NCBI RefSeq assembly: GCF_006345805.1
Contig: NC_042998.1
Location: forward strand, 205,034,001-205,098,000
Source of the DNA: Octopus sinensis
Lineage: Eukaryota
Length of the DNA stretch: 64,000 nt
Direction: 5' to 3'
This document shows positions 25,626 to 37,644 of this stretch, one piece after another. Position numbers and translations under genes: made by a program. The notes beneath the pieces were generated by a model. It was not told the DNA's origin, made no database searches, and saw only the letters and a list, made by a program, of their open reading frames with translations. How positions within the stretch are numbered: position 1 is the stretch's first letter; every line of letters starts with the position of its first letter.

Positions 25626-28079
25626 GTATATTGTACACACATACATATATGCCTTACATACGCACAATACATGTGTACATACAAACGCACGTACATGCGC
25701 TACACATTTGTTTAATAAAAGCTAATTGAATGGTATGAATTCAATGATCGTTTTTATGTAATTGTTTTGTCTTCCATTTGTGAGCTGATGTCAAATGGTA
25801 ATCTTGTAATGTCGTGTCTTTGAAACATGGCTAACAACAAACAACACACACACACACGTTACATTGAAATCACGTGTTCTAGTTTCACATATATTTTCTG
25901 CCATGAACTGACAAAGAACAATTCCTACCATCTTCCCCAACACACAACACAAAACTAGACAGGAAAACATTAGTAAACAACGCATCAATAATATAGAATT
26001 CCTTACAAAAAAAGGTCAAGGATGGAAATAATAAGCCATTAGACAATGCTAAAATATTCACAGGGGCACTGTCACACATCATTCACAAATTAACATAAAC
26101 ACCGCACTGATAACGTACAACCCTAAAAGTCTACAATTCCGGACGTAATGTCTACAACAAAATATTGTAAAGAAGTAGAAACACACTCCAATATCACATC
26201 ACATTGGAGATGAGACAGAGAAAGCATAAAAACGACGTTGATAAGATTTAGAATCTTCACTGTTCCAAAACAACTGCCAGGAATTCATACAAAAATATGA
26301 AAAACCTTGATTAAATGCTAAAATGGTTGTTTCCAATGCAACGCGTCTAAAAGCAAATCTTTTTCCCATTCTTTTTTAATGGATGGGTTGAAAGAGGGGA
26401 CAGTGCCCATGTCTGCTCGGGTCCTCTGATGTCATTAATGTTCCTCATAGACCTAAGTCAACACCTGTTGGAGGGAATTTCAGAGGGATGGCATTCAGGA
26501 AAGGAAGGCTCTGGTGTAGTGATTAGTGTATGGGTTTACGGGTGGTGCAGTGAGTGTTTTTGTTTGCGCTTAGTTCTTTTATATTTAATCAAAATGAATA
26601 AAACAGGAGCTTTTATATGCGTGCTCAAAAGCGTTTCCCGTAAACGTGCTTAAAAGACACACACACACACACACACACACACGTACATACACACACACAC
26701 ACACACACACACGTACATACACACACGTAAATGTTAAAAACAGTAGAAAGATATCCTAGTGTCTTAATTTTTCAAGCCGATCACATGGAGAAAGGTGTTC
26801 ACCTTCTTTTTGGAAAACGCAGTCTCGTTTAGTTCGCGAAGATTCTCGTGAATAAAACAATGACTCAAGGTACGTTACTCTTGGGTGGAATCTTTTGAAT
26901 GATTGGGCAAACTGTTATGTGGTCAATTTGTTTGCATTATTTTGTTTTTGTTCTGGATGTGGTGTTCTTATACTTGTGTGCTGAGGTAGTTGGTCATTGG
27001 GGATTATTTCTTTGTATGTGGAGTTTGTGTGCTATGTGTGTTGAGATTTCACGTTCGGGAAAGGGACTATCCTGATGGGGTTACCGTCGCAGATGGTGGC
27101 TCTTCTTTGGAGTATTTGAGTGTAAACTATTGCTTGTGTGTGCAGGGAGAGAAGGTTTCATCCTTAGTGTTTAGGATGTTATCTGTTGATTGCATAATGT
27201 TAAGTTTTTCAGTAATACAGAATTCACATTTGGTGCCCGTTCCCTTTATTTTGGGGCCTTATATAAGTTACGGGAATGTAAATACACCAACACCAGCTGT
27301 TAAGCGGTGGTGGGACACGCACACACAGACACACACACACAGACACGGACGCGTGCATGCACACACGCGCACACTCACACACATACACACACACAAACAC
27401 AGACATACACACACACACATCTCTGCGTGCATGTGTGTGGGGTGTGTTTATCCCTCAATACTATTTGACGACTGGTGGTGGTGAGTTTACGTATCCATAA
27501 CTTAGCAATTCGACAAATGAAACCAATAGAGTAAGTACCACTTCCTAAAAGTAGTTGAAGTGGTATTCTAAAAGTGATACCAAATAAAAAAGAGATCGAC
27601 TCCAGGAGAACGAAAGGAAATTATTAATCCCAGTTAGACTTGAAATCAGAACGCGAGGAGCATCTCTAAATGGCGCGGGTCGTTTCTTTCTGCACGTCTC
27701 TCTCCAATCTGTAAATGTATCACTTCCACTTACAAAGCTATTAAAATCCAATTTTCGAAAGTAACGCAATGTCTTCGTATATTCTGTTGGGAATTTACGA
27801 TAAGCTTTAACATAAAGTCAGCTTAGAGCAAGTTTTCAGATTTGCCATAATAACAGTGGTGTTGGTTTGCAATGGAGTTGGTTAGTGATGAAAATAGATA
27901 AATTATATTTGATATGCGTTCATGTTTGAAGGAAGCAAACAGACAGGCTGTCATTTATTCGGTTCGTTAAAAGTGTCCGCCTAACCAAACGCATTAAAGT
28001 GTTTTATCCTAACAAGTCCCTCATCAATGACATTACCGCTACAATAAATGATTTTTTATTGGTTTCAAATTTGGGCACA

Positions 28080-28275
28080 AGACCAGTAATATCGGGGAAG
28101 TGGGTGAGCCAATTACTTCGAACCCCGACTTCAAATGGTACTTATTTTATCGACCCCGAATGGATGAAAATCATTGTCAGCTTTGCTGGTGTTTGAACTC
28201 AGAACGTAGAGACGGACGAAATACCGCCAAGCATTTTGCCTGATGTGCTAACAGTTCTGCCAGCTCGTCGCCTTC
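28080..28275 (-). mobile_element. SINE family A
   Basis: ATCGACCCCGAATGGATGAAA...TTTGAACTCAGAACGTA...GCTAACAGTTCTGCCAGCTC. Confidence 0.8.
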
Positions 28276-29464
28276 TTACCTCTCTATGTCTCAAGAAATA
28301 AAAAAAAGTGTTCTAAAAAATCTAAACTCAAATCAAACATGACAATTGTATAATGGACATCTGATAAACCTACCTACCTACATACATACATACATACATA
28401 CATACATACATACATACATACATACATACATACATACATACATACATACATACAAAAATACCCTGTTGTTGATGTTGAAATTCCAGTGAAGGAACCTTGG
28501 ATCTAGGTTAGAAACCGGTTCTTTCTCTATTGGCAAGAAATCTTGAAATAAGCTGAATAATGTCATACATAAATGCATGGATATAATAGGATTTTCGAAG
28601 AAACAAAAGAAACTGACGCGGATTCTCCAAATCCAATCTGTTGGTGGCACAGTGGGGATCTGCAAGACATTCCCAAAATTCTCCAATTGCTTTTGGTGAA
28701 TCGGTGTACACACTTGGGTGTGTGTATCGACAGTTCAACCAACACACATATTTACAAACACCGGGAACACTATTAACTCGAATGTCTTGTCGCTTTGTTA
28801 GCATCCAACTTGAACTCTCTCAAAAACAACTTAACACGCATACGTACATGTGTTCGTCTGTTCGTCTGTCTGTCTGTGGTGTATGTTTTTAGCCATCTGT
28901 ACTCTTATAGTCAAACAATAAGCTTGTCCTTTTCCTTTATGGCAAGTCAGCTTTGGAGAATTATTGATTCCTCAGAGTATCTCCCCTATACTCCGAATTT
29001 TTTAAAAATAAACTGTTACATCGTTAATTGCTCTACTCCGAGTATTCACTAAACTAGAACAGCACTAGTTGCTCTACTCACGTTTCCCCTTCATCCTCCT
29101 CTTCTTCCCCCACCTTTTTTCTCCTTCTCCCTCCCTTACACTCTCCGTTTCCGCTTCTTTCCCCTCTCCCCTGCTTACTCTCTCTCCCCTCTCTCTGACC
29201 CCCCCTTCTCCACTCACTTCCTCTTTAACAACGTATTAAAACGTCTTTGAAGATATCAGGAATCTATTGTGCCTATTAAACCGCTGACATTTCGAACTGC
29301 TCAAAGATAGACTGCCGCACATTTTTATACACCATAACCACATAGATTCAGCACTCTATCAACACACATACACACACACACAGAGCAAATTTTTAATGTT
29401 TTAGTTATTTAAAGCATGCGTGTTTTTATTCTCTCTCTCTCTCACTCCCCCCTCTCTCACCCCC

Positions 29465-29604
<140 letters not shown>

Positions 29605-30129
29605 CTTCTGTCTCTCCATCCCATCCTCTCGCTGTGTGCGTGTTAGTATATTCGCTGATTTAGCTGCCTCTTCTACATTATCTGTAGCTATCTTACATCA
29701 CCCTGCTGCCGGCTACCCCCCTCCTCCCTGTGTGTGCTAGTTACCTGAGCCTCGATCCAGCCTCTTCCTCATCAAGTCACCTTCCAAAACTCCAAGACGC
29801 CCCAAACGATAACAGAGTGCTCTGTTGTTCCAGAGATATAATGTGCAGATCTACCCGAGTGGGTGTACTCTGGTATTTACCAATCAATACCCTGTTGTTT
29901 AAAAGCTAACTCCTGCTAAACAAAAGCTATTGGCGCACACCCTGGGGCTTCGATTTCCGTCAGACTGGATTTTCGGCATTTCCCTCTCCCTGGAATGTGG
30001 TCACAATCGCCACTGGATAGGAATGCTGGGAAATGTACACCAAGCCACTAGCACTCACCAGAACGGTGTAATGTCCTTGTTTTTCTCTCAGTTGACCCTC
30101 TCCACACACACGCACACACTCATATACAT

Positions 30130-30172
<43 letters not shown>

Positions 30173-30759
30173 TACGCACATACATACGCACGTACGTATG
30201 CATGTTAAGTTGTTGTTGAAGCTGGATGCTAACAAAGCGTCAAAACTTTTTGAGTTAAGAGAGTTTCCCGATGTTTGTAAATATGTGATTGAGTTGGTGT
30301 GTTGGGGTTGAACTGTCGATGCCCACATCCAAATCAAGTCCTCAGCGGTGGATCAGGCGGAGGAAGTTGTCTGTGAATCAACTCAATGGCTGTGAAGGTG
30401 GATGAAGGCTGCAATGAATCTATCAACGCCAATCGTCTTGGTTCTCCATGCCACTGGAGAACCAAGATGATTTGTGAAGGACCGTGTGCTTCTTGGAGTG
30501 CAACACTACACACTAAACAAATTCACAGTCAGGCATCTGTGTACGGTTAGTGCATTCCTCAAATCTTTCAGTGATAAGGGACGGGCAACGGGAGCAGCCA
30601 TGTGGTAGCTGGGAGCTCTCAGTCAAAAACTGGCATGAAAGCGTGAATATTTGATACAGTCATTCATCTTTTGGACAGAAGCAGGATAAATGCTCAGCAG
30701 CTATATTCACTACTAAACAGCCCTATTTAGGATCCGTTCTGCTCACCCTGAATTAGGAA

Positions 30760-32640
30760 GGAACTAGAAAAGGTGCCCTAAAATTAGTCTGCTTCATTCC
30801 ACCACGTCTGGATAACTGCGCCCAAAGGGATCGCTAACAACAGTGCTGCTGGGCGGTACGGGATCCTCACTGAGATTTACAAAATCAGCGGCAGCTTACT
30901 CCATTACCAACTGCGCCAGCTCCTTGGACCAATGAAGAAATACCGTCTGACTTCAGAGATTCAGCCATCGTGACTATCTACAAGGAGAAGAGAGAATGGT
31001 CTGAATGTGGAAATTACAGGGGAATCGCTTTGTTGGCAACCGATGGCAAGGTACTTGCAGGGATTATGAACAACCGCTTAAGACCATTGGCTGAGAAAAT
31101 TCTTCTGAAGTCTCAAACAGGGTTTAGACCATCCCAGAGAACCATTGATATGATCTTCACTTTGCGTCAACTCCAAGAAAAGTGCCGTGAACAATTCTAA
31201 CCTCTGTACATGACCTTCATTGATCTGACCAAGGCGTTCGATTCCTTGTCAAGAGAACTCTGGGATATACCCTCTACCAATGGATACTCTCCGAAATTCA
31301 TCTGCATTCTAAGACTCTTCCACGATGGCATGTTTGCAACTATCCTGGCCAACCAAGGAACATCAGACCCTTCCCAAGTAAAAACAGGAGTAAAACAGAG
31401 ATGTGTAATTGTCCCAACACTGTTCGCCATCTTCATCGCTATCATCCTGCTCATCATTAAGGAAGATCTTTCATCAGGTATCGAAACTTCAACCTTGCCC
31501 GTCTCAAGTCCAAAACCCAAATATCCCCTACCTCCCTGATCAAGTTCCAATATGTAGATGACAACTGCATTGCAGCTCTTTCGGAGCGAGACCTTCAACA
31601 GATCTTCGCCTTCAACCGAGCATACAGCACCCTTGGTCTCACCGTCAACTCTAAGAAGACCCGGATTCTGTACCAACGAACCCCAAACGACCCAGCCAGA
31701 AGAGAACTATTAATCAAGCTTGAAGACACCAGCGTAGCTGAAGGAGGGGAGTAGGGGCGGTACTTTTGCTGTAGGCAATATGTGGTTTTTTTGTGGGGTC
31801 CGGGGGCGGCACACACTCTAGCTACGCTAATGCTCAGAGAAACAACCCTCGAAAGCGTGGGCCACTTTCCTTATCTTGGGAGTCGTCTCTCATCAAATCT
31901 TGACCTGAGCAATGAGATTCAGCATCGTCTGAAGTGTACTGGAACTGCCTTTGGCCGTCTCTACGACAGAATCTTTCAAGACATCAGAACCGAAACCAAA
32001 ATTGTTGTATACGAAGCAGGAGTCATCCCAACATTCCTGTATACATCTGAAACCAGGACAACTTACCGTCGCCATTGGAAACGTTGGAAAAGTTTCATCA
32101 AAGATGTCTTCGTAGTAACCTGAACATTGGCTGAGAAGACAGAACAACCGTCAGCGATTTGAAAACAGCCAAAACTACAAGCGTCGAGGCTGACATCATT
32201 AAGAGTCAGCTGAGATGGAGTGGGCATGTCTGGAATGTCCGATGACCGTTTAGCAAAACAGATCTTCTATTCTCAGCTGAAAAGAAGGAAAAAGGAAAAA
32301 AGGAGGACAGAAGAAAAGATACAGGGACCTGTTGAAGGTCAACAGGAAAATCGACTTCAACAACTGGGAAGAAAAGGCAAATGATTGAAAGCTCTTGAAA
32401 TCCATCATCTGTGAAGGAACAACAACATTCAAGATGAAGAAATATGAAGAACTGGAAGAAGAAGAAGAAAAAAAACGAAGAAAGTGGAGGAATGAAAGGC
32501 AACTCCAAGCCAGCCTAGACCTCCCCCAAGGAACAGCTTGACCATTTCAGGAGATCCTTCAAAGCCCGAATTGGTCTCTTCATCCACCTTCGAGTGCACC
32601 AACAACCCAACACGGACGCGAACGAAGACTATTGTCGTCT
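30760..32640 (+). mobile_element. RTE LINE reverse-transcriptase region, 5'-truncated and heavily frameshifted
   Basis: NYRGIALL, QTGFRPSQRTIDMIFTLRQLQEKCREQ, FIDLTKAFDS, GVKQRCVIVPTLF, YVDD-like motif, FPYLGS, AFGRL. Confidence 0.9.
31727..31832. mobile_element. 106-bp MITE (hAT-like) inserted in the RTE
   Basis: Termini CACCAGCGTAGCT...AGCTACGCTAATG; degenerate 8-bp TSD CTTGAAGA/CTCAGAGA; removing it restores the RTE frame LEETTLES. Confidence 0.65.
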
Positions 32641-32689
32641 GAAGAAAGAGGGAAAGCCACGACGACGACAACAACAACAACAACAACAC

Positions 32690-32943
32690 AGTGAGTTTAG
32701 ATCGCAGTTCTCTCCTGCCAGTTGGCATCAGCGGACGAATGATGCCACTTAAGCGTCGATCCATTGCAGAACGAGTATCAATGTTTATGCACCAACTCTA
32801 CCTTCTGATGCTCTGGACGAACACCACTTCCATCAAACGTTAGTTCAAGATCAGGTTACGATACCAAAGCATTACAAAAATAACTTAATGGGTGATTCTG
32901 ATGCAAGCGTAGGGAGGAATGAGAAAACACCAACAGATGACAA
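32690..32943 (+). mobile_element. RTE apurinic-endonuclease fragment
   Basis: GISGRMM, INVYAPT and MGDSDASVGR resemble APE motifs. Confidence 0.65.
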
Positions 32944-33547
32944 GGTTATCCTTCCAAGGGATTTCATTCTAGAGTGTCCTAGCTACTACAACGTCATGTC
33001 TCATCGGTTGATAATACCATGATGACATTTTAGGACAACTGCTTATGATGTGGGTGATATCTTCGGGTTTAACTCCACAAAGTCTGCATCGGTTATCGGA
33101 TGTATGTATGTGTGTATATATGTACTAACTATTCATCCCCTAACAATCTTTTTTATTTACTTTTTGTTTCCTCTCGAGATAAACAACAACAAAAAAACAA
33201 TGTCTGGAAAACGAACAAGTATTTAGAACTGGAACAAGCTTTGGTGAGAACTCTCGATCTTTGAATTTCTAATAAAATGTGTCACATTATTACGAGACAC
33301 CGTGTATTGAGAGTATAATTTCAGAGAGATTTAGCTGCTATTTTTCGCAAGTTGTGCTGCTATGTCGAAGTACTTACCAGAACCTTCCTTCTTAACAGAC
33401 ACTAGAACGATTGAAACAATAGACGGAGACTCATTGATTAATTTGGAAAAGGAAAATATGTAAAAGCATGTATCTCGTGGACCTCTTCTGCATAAATAAC
33501 ATAATGTAAAGTGATGGGAGCTAATGCATTGGCTCATCCCATAAATA
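32944..33547. repeat. Inverted copy of 8496-9095
   Basis: Reverse-complement match from GGTTATCC (32944) to CCCATAAATA (~33547). Confidence 0.95.
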
Positions 33548-33832
33548 AGCACCACATTTAAAGAATGTATCGCGGTCGATTCGTACGAGTAAAGATTCTT
33601 GAAGTTGATGCCCCAGTGTGGGCGCAATCTAATGACTGTGACAAGTAACAGATACACGCTAGGTTGAAAAATAACCTGTCCATACATATTGCCAAATACA
33701 CGCGCGCATTAACGCACACATACGCATGCGAGCGCGAATGTTAAAAATATCCCATACAAGTTGGGAGGGAAAATAATGATAAAAGGAGGGGAATGCATTT
33801 TCTTTATGCTTTGCAGTTAATAAATTGCAAAA

Positions 33833-34400
33833 TATATTATTACAGTCAAATCATTTCAAAATACAATAATATGTATTAAAAACACATTATCACCATCAAA
33901 ATTGTTTCAAAATACATTATTACAAGTTAATTTTTAAAAATATTTACAAGATATATTTGCCTTTAGACTCTTGCGTAAAGTACAAATATTTACCCAATTT
34001 AGAGCTATTAACGTATACAATATTACCCCTCTTGTGGCGCGCTGAGTCTATAATGGAGGTACTTTCGGTAGATGTACTACATATTAAATGAAGACTAGTA
34101 GCATGACATTATACACGAACATTGCAATGAGCATCTTCTGTACGAAGTGAAACCGGTTTGTAATTATGTACTTTGAAATATCAAATTATGTATTTTTGTA
34201 ATTATTGACTTTGGAGTGTTTAATGATGTATTTTGAAATGATTTGAATGTACCTCGGAGTCCGTAATCTTGAAATGATATGATTCTAGTAACGTATTTCG
34301 GAACATGTAATACTGTATTTTGAAAAGAATCAGTTGTAATAATTTGTTTTTGAATATGTATTGTTGTATTTTGAAATGATTTGACTTTGATAACAGACTT
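33833..34400. mobile_element. Fold-back/MITE-like element with oppositely oriented subterminal motif arrays
   Basis: AGTCAAATCATTTCAAAATACAA near 33845 and its reverse complement near 34365-34387; TGTATTTTGAAA repeats in the right half, TTTCAAAATACA in the left half. Confidence 0.6.
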
Positions 34401-34538
34401 TGGAATTAAATAACTGCCATATAAAAGGGAAAATGCACTTTCTGTTTGTTATTTTTCCATATATGTGTGTGATACTCAATAGTTGCGGCTGTTTAAATTA
34501 TTTCTAGAAACTTTTATTGAAAGCAAGTCCACTGGGTG

Positions 34539-34587
<49 letters not shown>

Positions 34588-34599
34588 TTTGTAGTTAGA

Positions 34600-34810
34600 C
34601 CCTGTTATTCAGGTGTACTGAATAGATGAAAGTTGAGGTGTACGAAACAGGTACTTGTTCAGGTATAATAAGTTCAATTGTACCCATCATGTATATATTC
34701 AGGTGTACTAAACACGTGTGTGTTCTTGCCTACCAAACAGAAACGTACTAAATAGCTATGCACAAATTAGTTCAGGTGTACCCAACAGGTGTGTGTTCAG
34801 GTGTGTCGCC
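34600..34810. repeat. Degenerate minisatellite with TTCAGGTGTAC core
   Basis: About seven recognisable cores, five with an intact CAGGTG. Confidence 0.6.
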
Positions 34811-35142
34811 ATTCTCTTAATGTCACACTGCCCAAGGGATGAGCAACTGTATATTTCTGGTTGCTGTTTAACCCTAGGTCAGCTCTGATCCGGCAGACCT
34901 ATCATGAAGAGCATTCTATGCTTTCCATTTGCCATAGACATCCAGATTACACAATCCAGCCTATCCGTCTGATTTCTACGATAGTAAAGAGGAATTTGGC
35001 TGCTATTATAAATATTTTAAATGACTCCCTAAAGGCATCCTTCAGCGACACCCCACCTCACCACCACCACCGCCACCGCCACCACCACCGCCACCGCCGC
35101 CTCCGCCACCATCACCACCACCACCGCCGCCGCCACAAGCAT

Positions 35143-35259
35143 GATGCATAAAAATAGAGAGTGGTGTGTCTACAGACAACGACTGCTTTTAAAGGCCATC
35201 CGTCCCCCTTTCAAAGCAGTCGATGTCTGTAGACACACCACTCTCTATTTTTATGCATC
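35143..35259. other. 117-nt near-perfect inverted repeat (53-bp arms, 2 mismatches, 11-nt loop)
   Basis: Arms 35143-35195 and 35207-35259 paired by hand. Confidence 0.95.
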
Positions 35260-35929
35260 GCGTTTACCGTTATTGCTGGATTTGGCTGAGGGCCAGCGCA
35301 CACGTGTGTGTGTGTGTGTGTACGCATACATAAATATATACATACATGCATGCATGCACATATATGTATACAAATATACACATGTATATCTATTTGCCTG
35401 TGTATATGCGTGTATATAGATATGAATATACGTGTATATATGTTTATGGATGGATGTATATTGTATATGTATGTATGTATACGTGTGTACGTGTGCGTGC
35501 GTGTGTATGTGTGTGTATGCGTGTGTACGTATGTGTGTGTGGGTGTCAAACACAATAGCTCCAATTTCTAATTTGTAATTAGCTGCAACGAACTCTTTCG
35601 GTGAACGAATGCCTCCTCCTTGATGAGGCGAATTAAGACAGGAGTTTGCAAAGTTCACGTGGGTCTGGTTGCCATCGCTACCATCACCACCTCCATCATC
35701 ATCATCATCACCACCACCACCATCAACAAGGATTTTTCTCCCCACCCCCTGGACCTGAACTAACCCCCCACTCCCACCAATCACTGTCACCACCATCACC
35801 AACCCCCCTTCCTGTTTTAGGGAAGTGGGGAACAGTTGATTAGTTTCACATCGACCCTAGCATATGACTGGTATGCTATGTTATCGACCTGCTGAGGTGG
35901 GGGAGGCGGCAGTTACAGCTGATATCTTT

Positions 35930-36270
35930 AACTCGTTTCAGTCATTAGAGTGTGGCCACACTGGGGCACCGCCTTGAAGTGTTTAGTCGAACTAATTGCC
36001 TCTACTACCTAATATTATCTACCTGGTACTTGTTCTATCTCGCAAGGTTACGGGGACGTAAGTACACCAACACCGGTTGTCAAGCGGTGGTGGAGTCAAA
36101 CACTGATTCAAAAGCGCATCCAAAGATACACACGATAGGCTTCTTTCAGTTTCCGTCTACCAGATCCACTCACAAGGCTTTGGTCGACGCGACGCTATAG
36201 TAGAAGACACTTACCCAAGGTGCCACGCTGTGGGACTGAACCCAGAACCATTTAGTTGGGAAGCAAGGTT
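35930..36270 (-). mobile_element. SINE family B
   Basis: CTACCAGATCCACTCACAAGGCTTTGGTCG...AGAAGACACTTACCCAAGGTGCCACGC. Confidence 0.85.
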
Positions 36271-36621
36271 CTTAAAAGGTCAACTGTGGTGGTGGACACT
36301 ACAGAATAAATAGAGGCGGGTTGGGTCGTCTTAACTGCATTGTCGGCCCCAGGTAAATCCCTGCACTAGGCCCTCTAAAGAGCATACAAAGATCAGAATC
36401 GAGCCGTTTGACTTGTTGGGTCGCTGGACGATCGCTGAGGCCATGGCTTGAAACAGCCACTGGCTGGGGGGGGGGGGAAGTGTGTTTTAGTCCTCATCAT
36501 CACAAGGTGAGGTCAATTAGAATTTTTAATATAAAGGTGAAGGAGAGGAGATGATGCCGTTTATATCGACCTCAGTGGTTGACTGGTACTTAGACCACCA
36601 CTACCACCATCGGCAACAACA

Positions 36622-36654
<33 letters not shown>

Positions 36655-36860
36655 GCTTCAAATTTTGGCACGAGGCCAGCAAGTTTGGGAGAGGGGATGA
36701 GTCGATAACATCGACCCCCAGAGCCCAACTGGTACTTAATTTATCGACCCCCGAAAGGATGACAGGCAAAGTCGACCTCGACAGAATTTGAACTCAGAAC
36801 GCAAAGACGGATGAAATGTCACCAAACATTTTGCTCGGCCTGCTAACGATTCTTGCCTTT
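36655..36860 (-). mobile_element. SINE family A
   Basis: Family core present. Confidence 0.85.
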
Positions 36861-36959
36861 CGGCAATCCATGTTCTGGTATTGGAACTATCCAGAAAAGA
36901 TGAGTATGGCCCCTGTGCAAGGATGACAAACAAAGTCATGAAGCGTTTCATATTTTTTC

Positions 36960-37325
36960 AGGCTCAGGCGTGGCTGTGTGGTAAGAAGCTTGCTTCCCAA
37001 CCACATGGTTCCGGGTTCAGTCATACTGTGCGGCATCGACCAAAGCCTTGTGAGTGAATTTGGTAGATGGAAACTGAAAGAAGCCCATCGTGTATATATG
37101 TATACATCTATGCGTGTGTCCTTGTATCCGTATTTGTTCCCCATCACCGTTTGACAACCGGTGTTGGTGTGTCTACGTCCCCGTAACTTAGCAAAAGAGA
37201 TCGATAGAATAAGTACTTGGCTTGAAAAATAAGTCCTGGGGTCGATTTGTTCGACTAAAAATTAAAACCTTCATGGCGGTGCTCCAGCATGGCCGCAGGC
37301 AAAAGACTAAAACAAGTAAAAGAAT
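36960..37325 (+). mobile_element. SINE family B (tRNA-derived head)
   Basis: TGGCTGTGTGGTAAGAAGC (A-box), GGGTTCAGT (B-box-like), tail CAAGTAAAAGA; matches 53075. Confidence 0.88.
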
Positions 37326-37499
37326 AAAACAATAATAATATTAATGACGATGCTGGACTCTGCCGTCGGAGAGGGCGCGGTAGGAGCAGCGGAGTGTCCA
37401 TCTTTTGCCGACCAACCTGCACGAAGGATTTGTTGATAGCGATTAAATGTTCTCCATCAGATCAACGTCATCTGAACAGGTAATTGCTGTACAACACAT

Positions 37500-37630
37500 C
37501 AGGTGTCAAAGTGATAGCGGAGCAAACAGGATATGAAGTGACTTGCTCAAGAACGCAACGCATCGCCCGATCTAGGAACTGAAACCCCGATCTCGCTATC
37601 GTGAGTGCAACGTCTTAGCCACTAGACCAT
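37500..37630 (-). mobile_element. tRNA-derived SINE head fragment
   Basis: Reverse strand TGGTCTAGTGGCTAAGACGTTGCACTCACGA...GGTTTCAGTTCC resembles A/B boxes. Confidence 0.55.
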
Positions 37631-37644
37631 GCCCAGAGGAATAA

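Noticed and set aside
26900-27230. Possible Penelope-like coding remnant (also 11240-11600)
   Set aside because: Strand-biased composition is suggestive, but no RT or GIY-YIG motif could be read.
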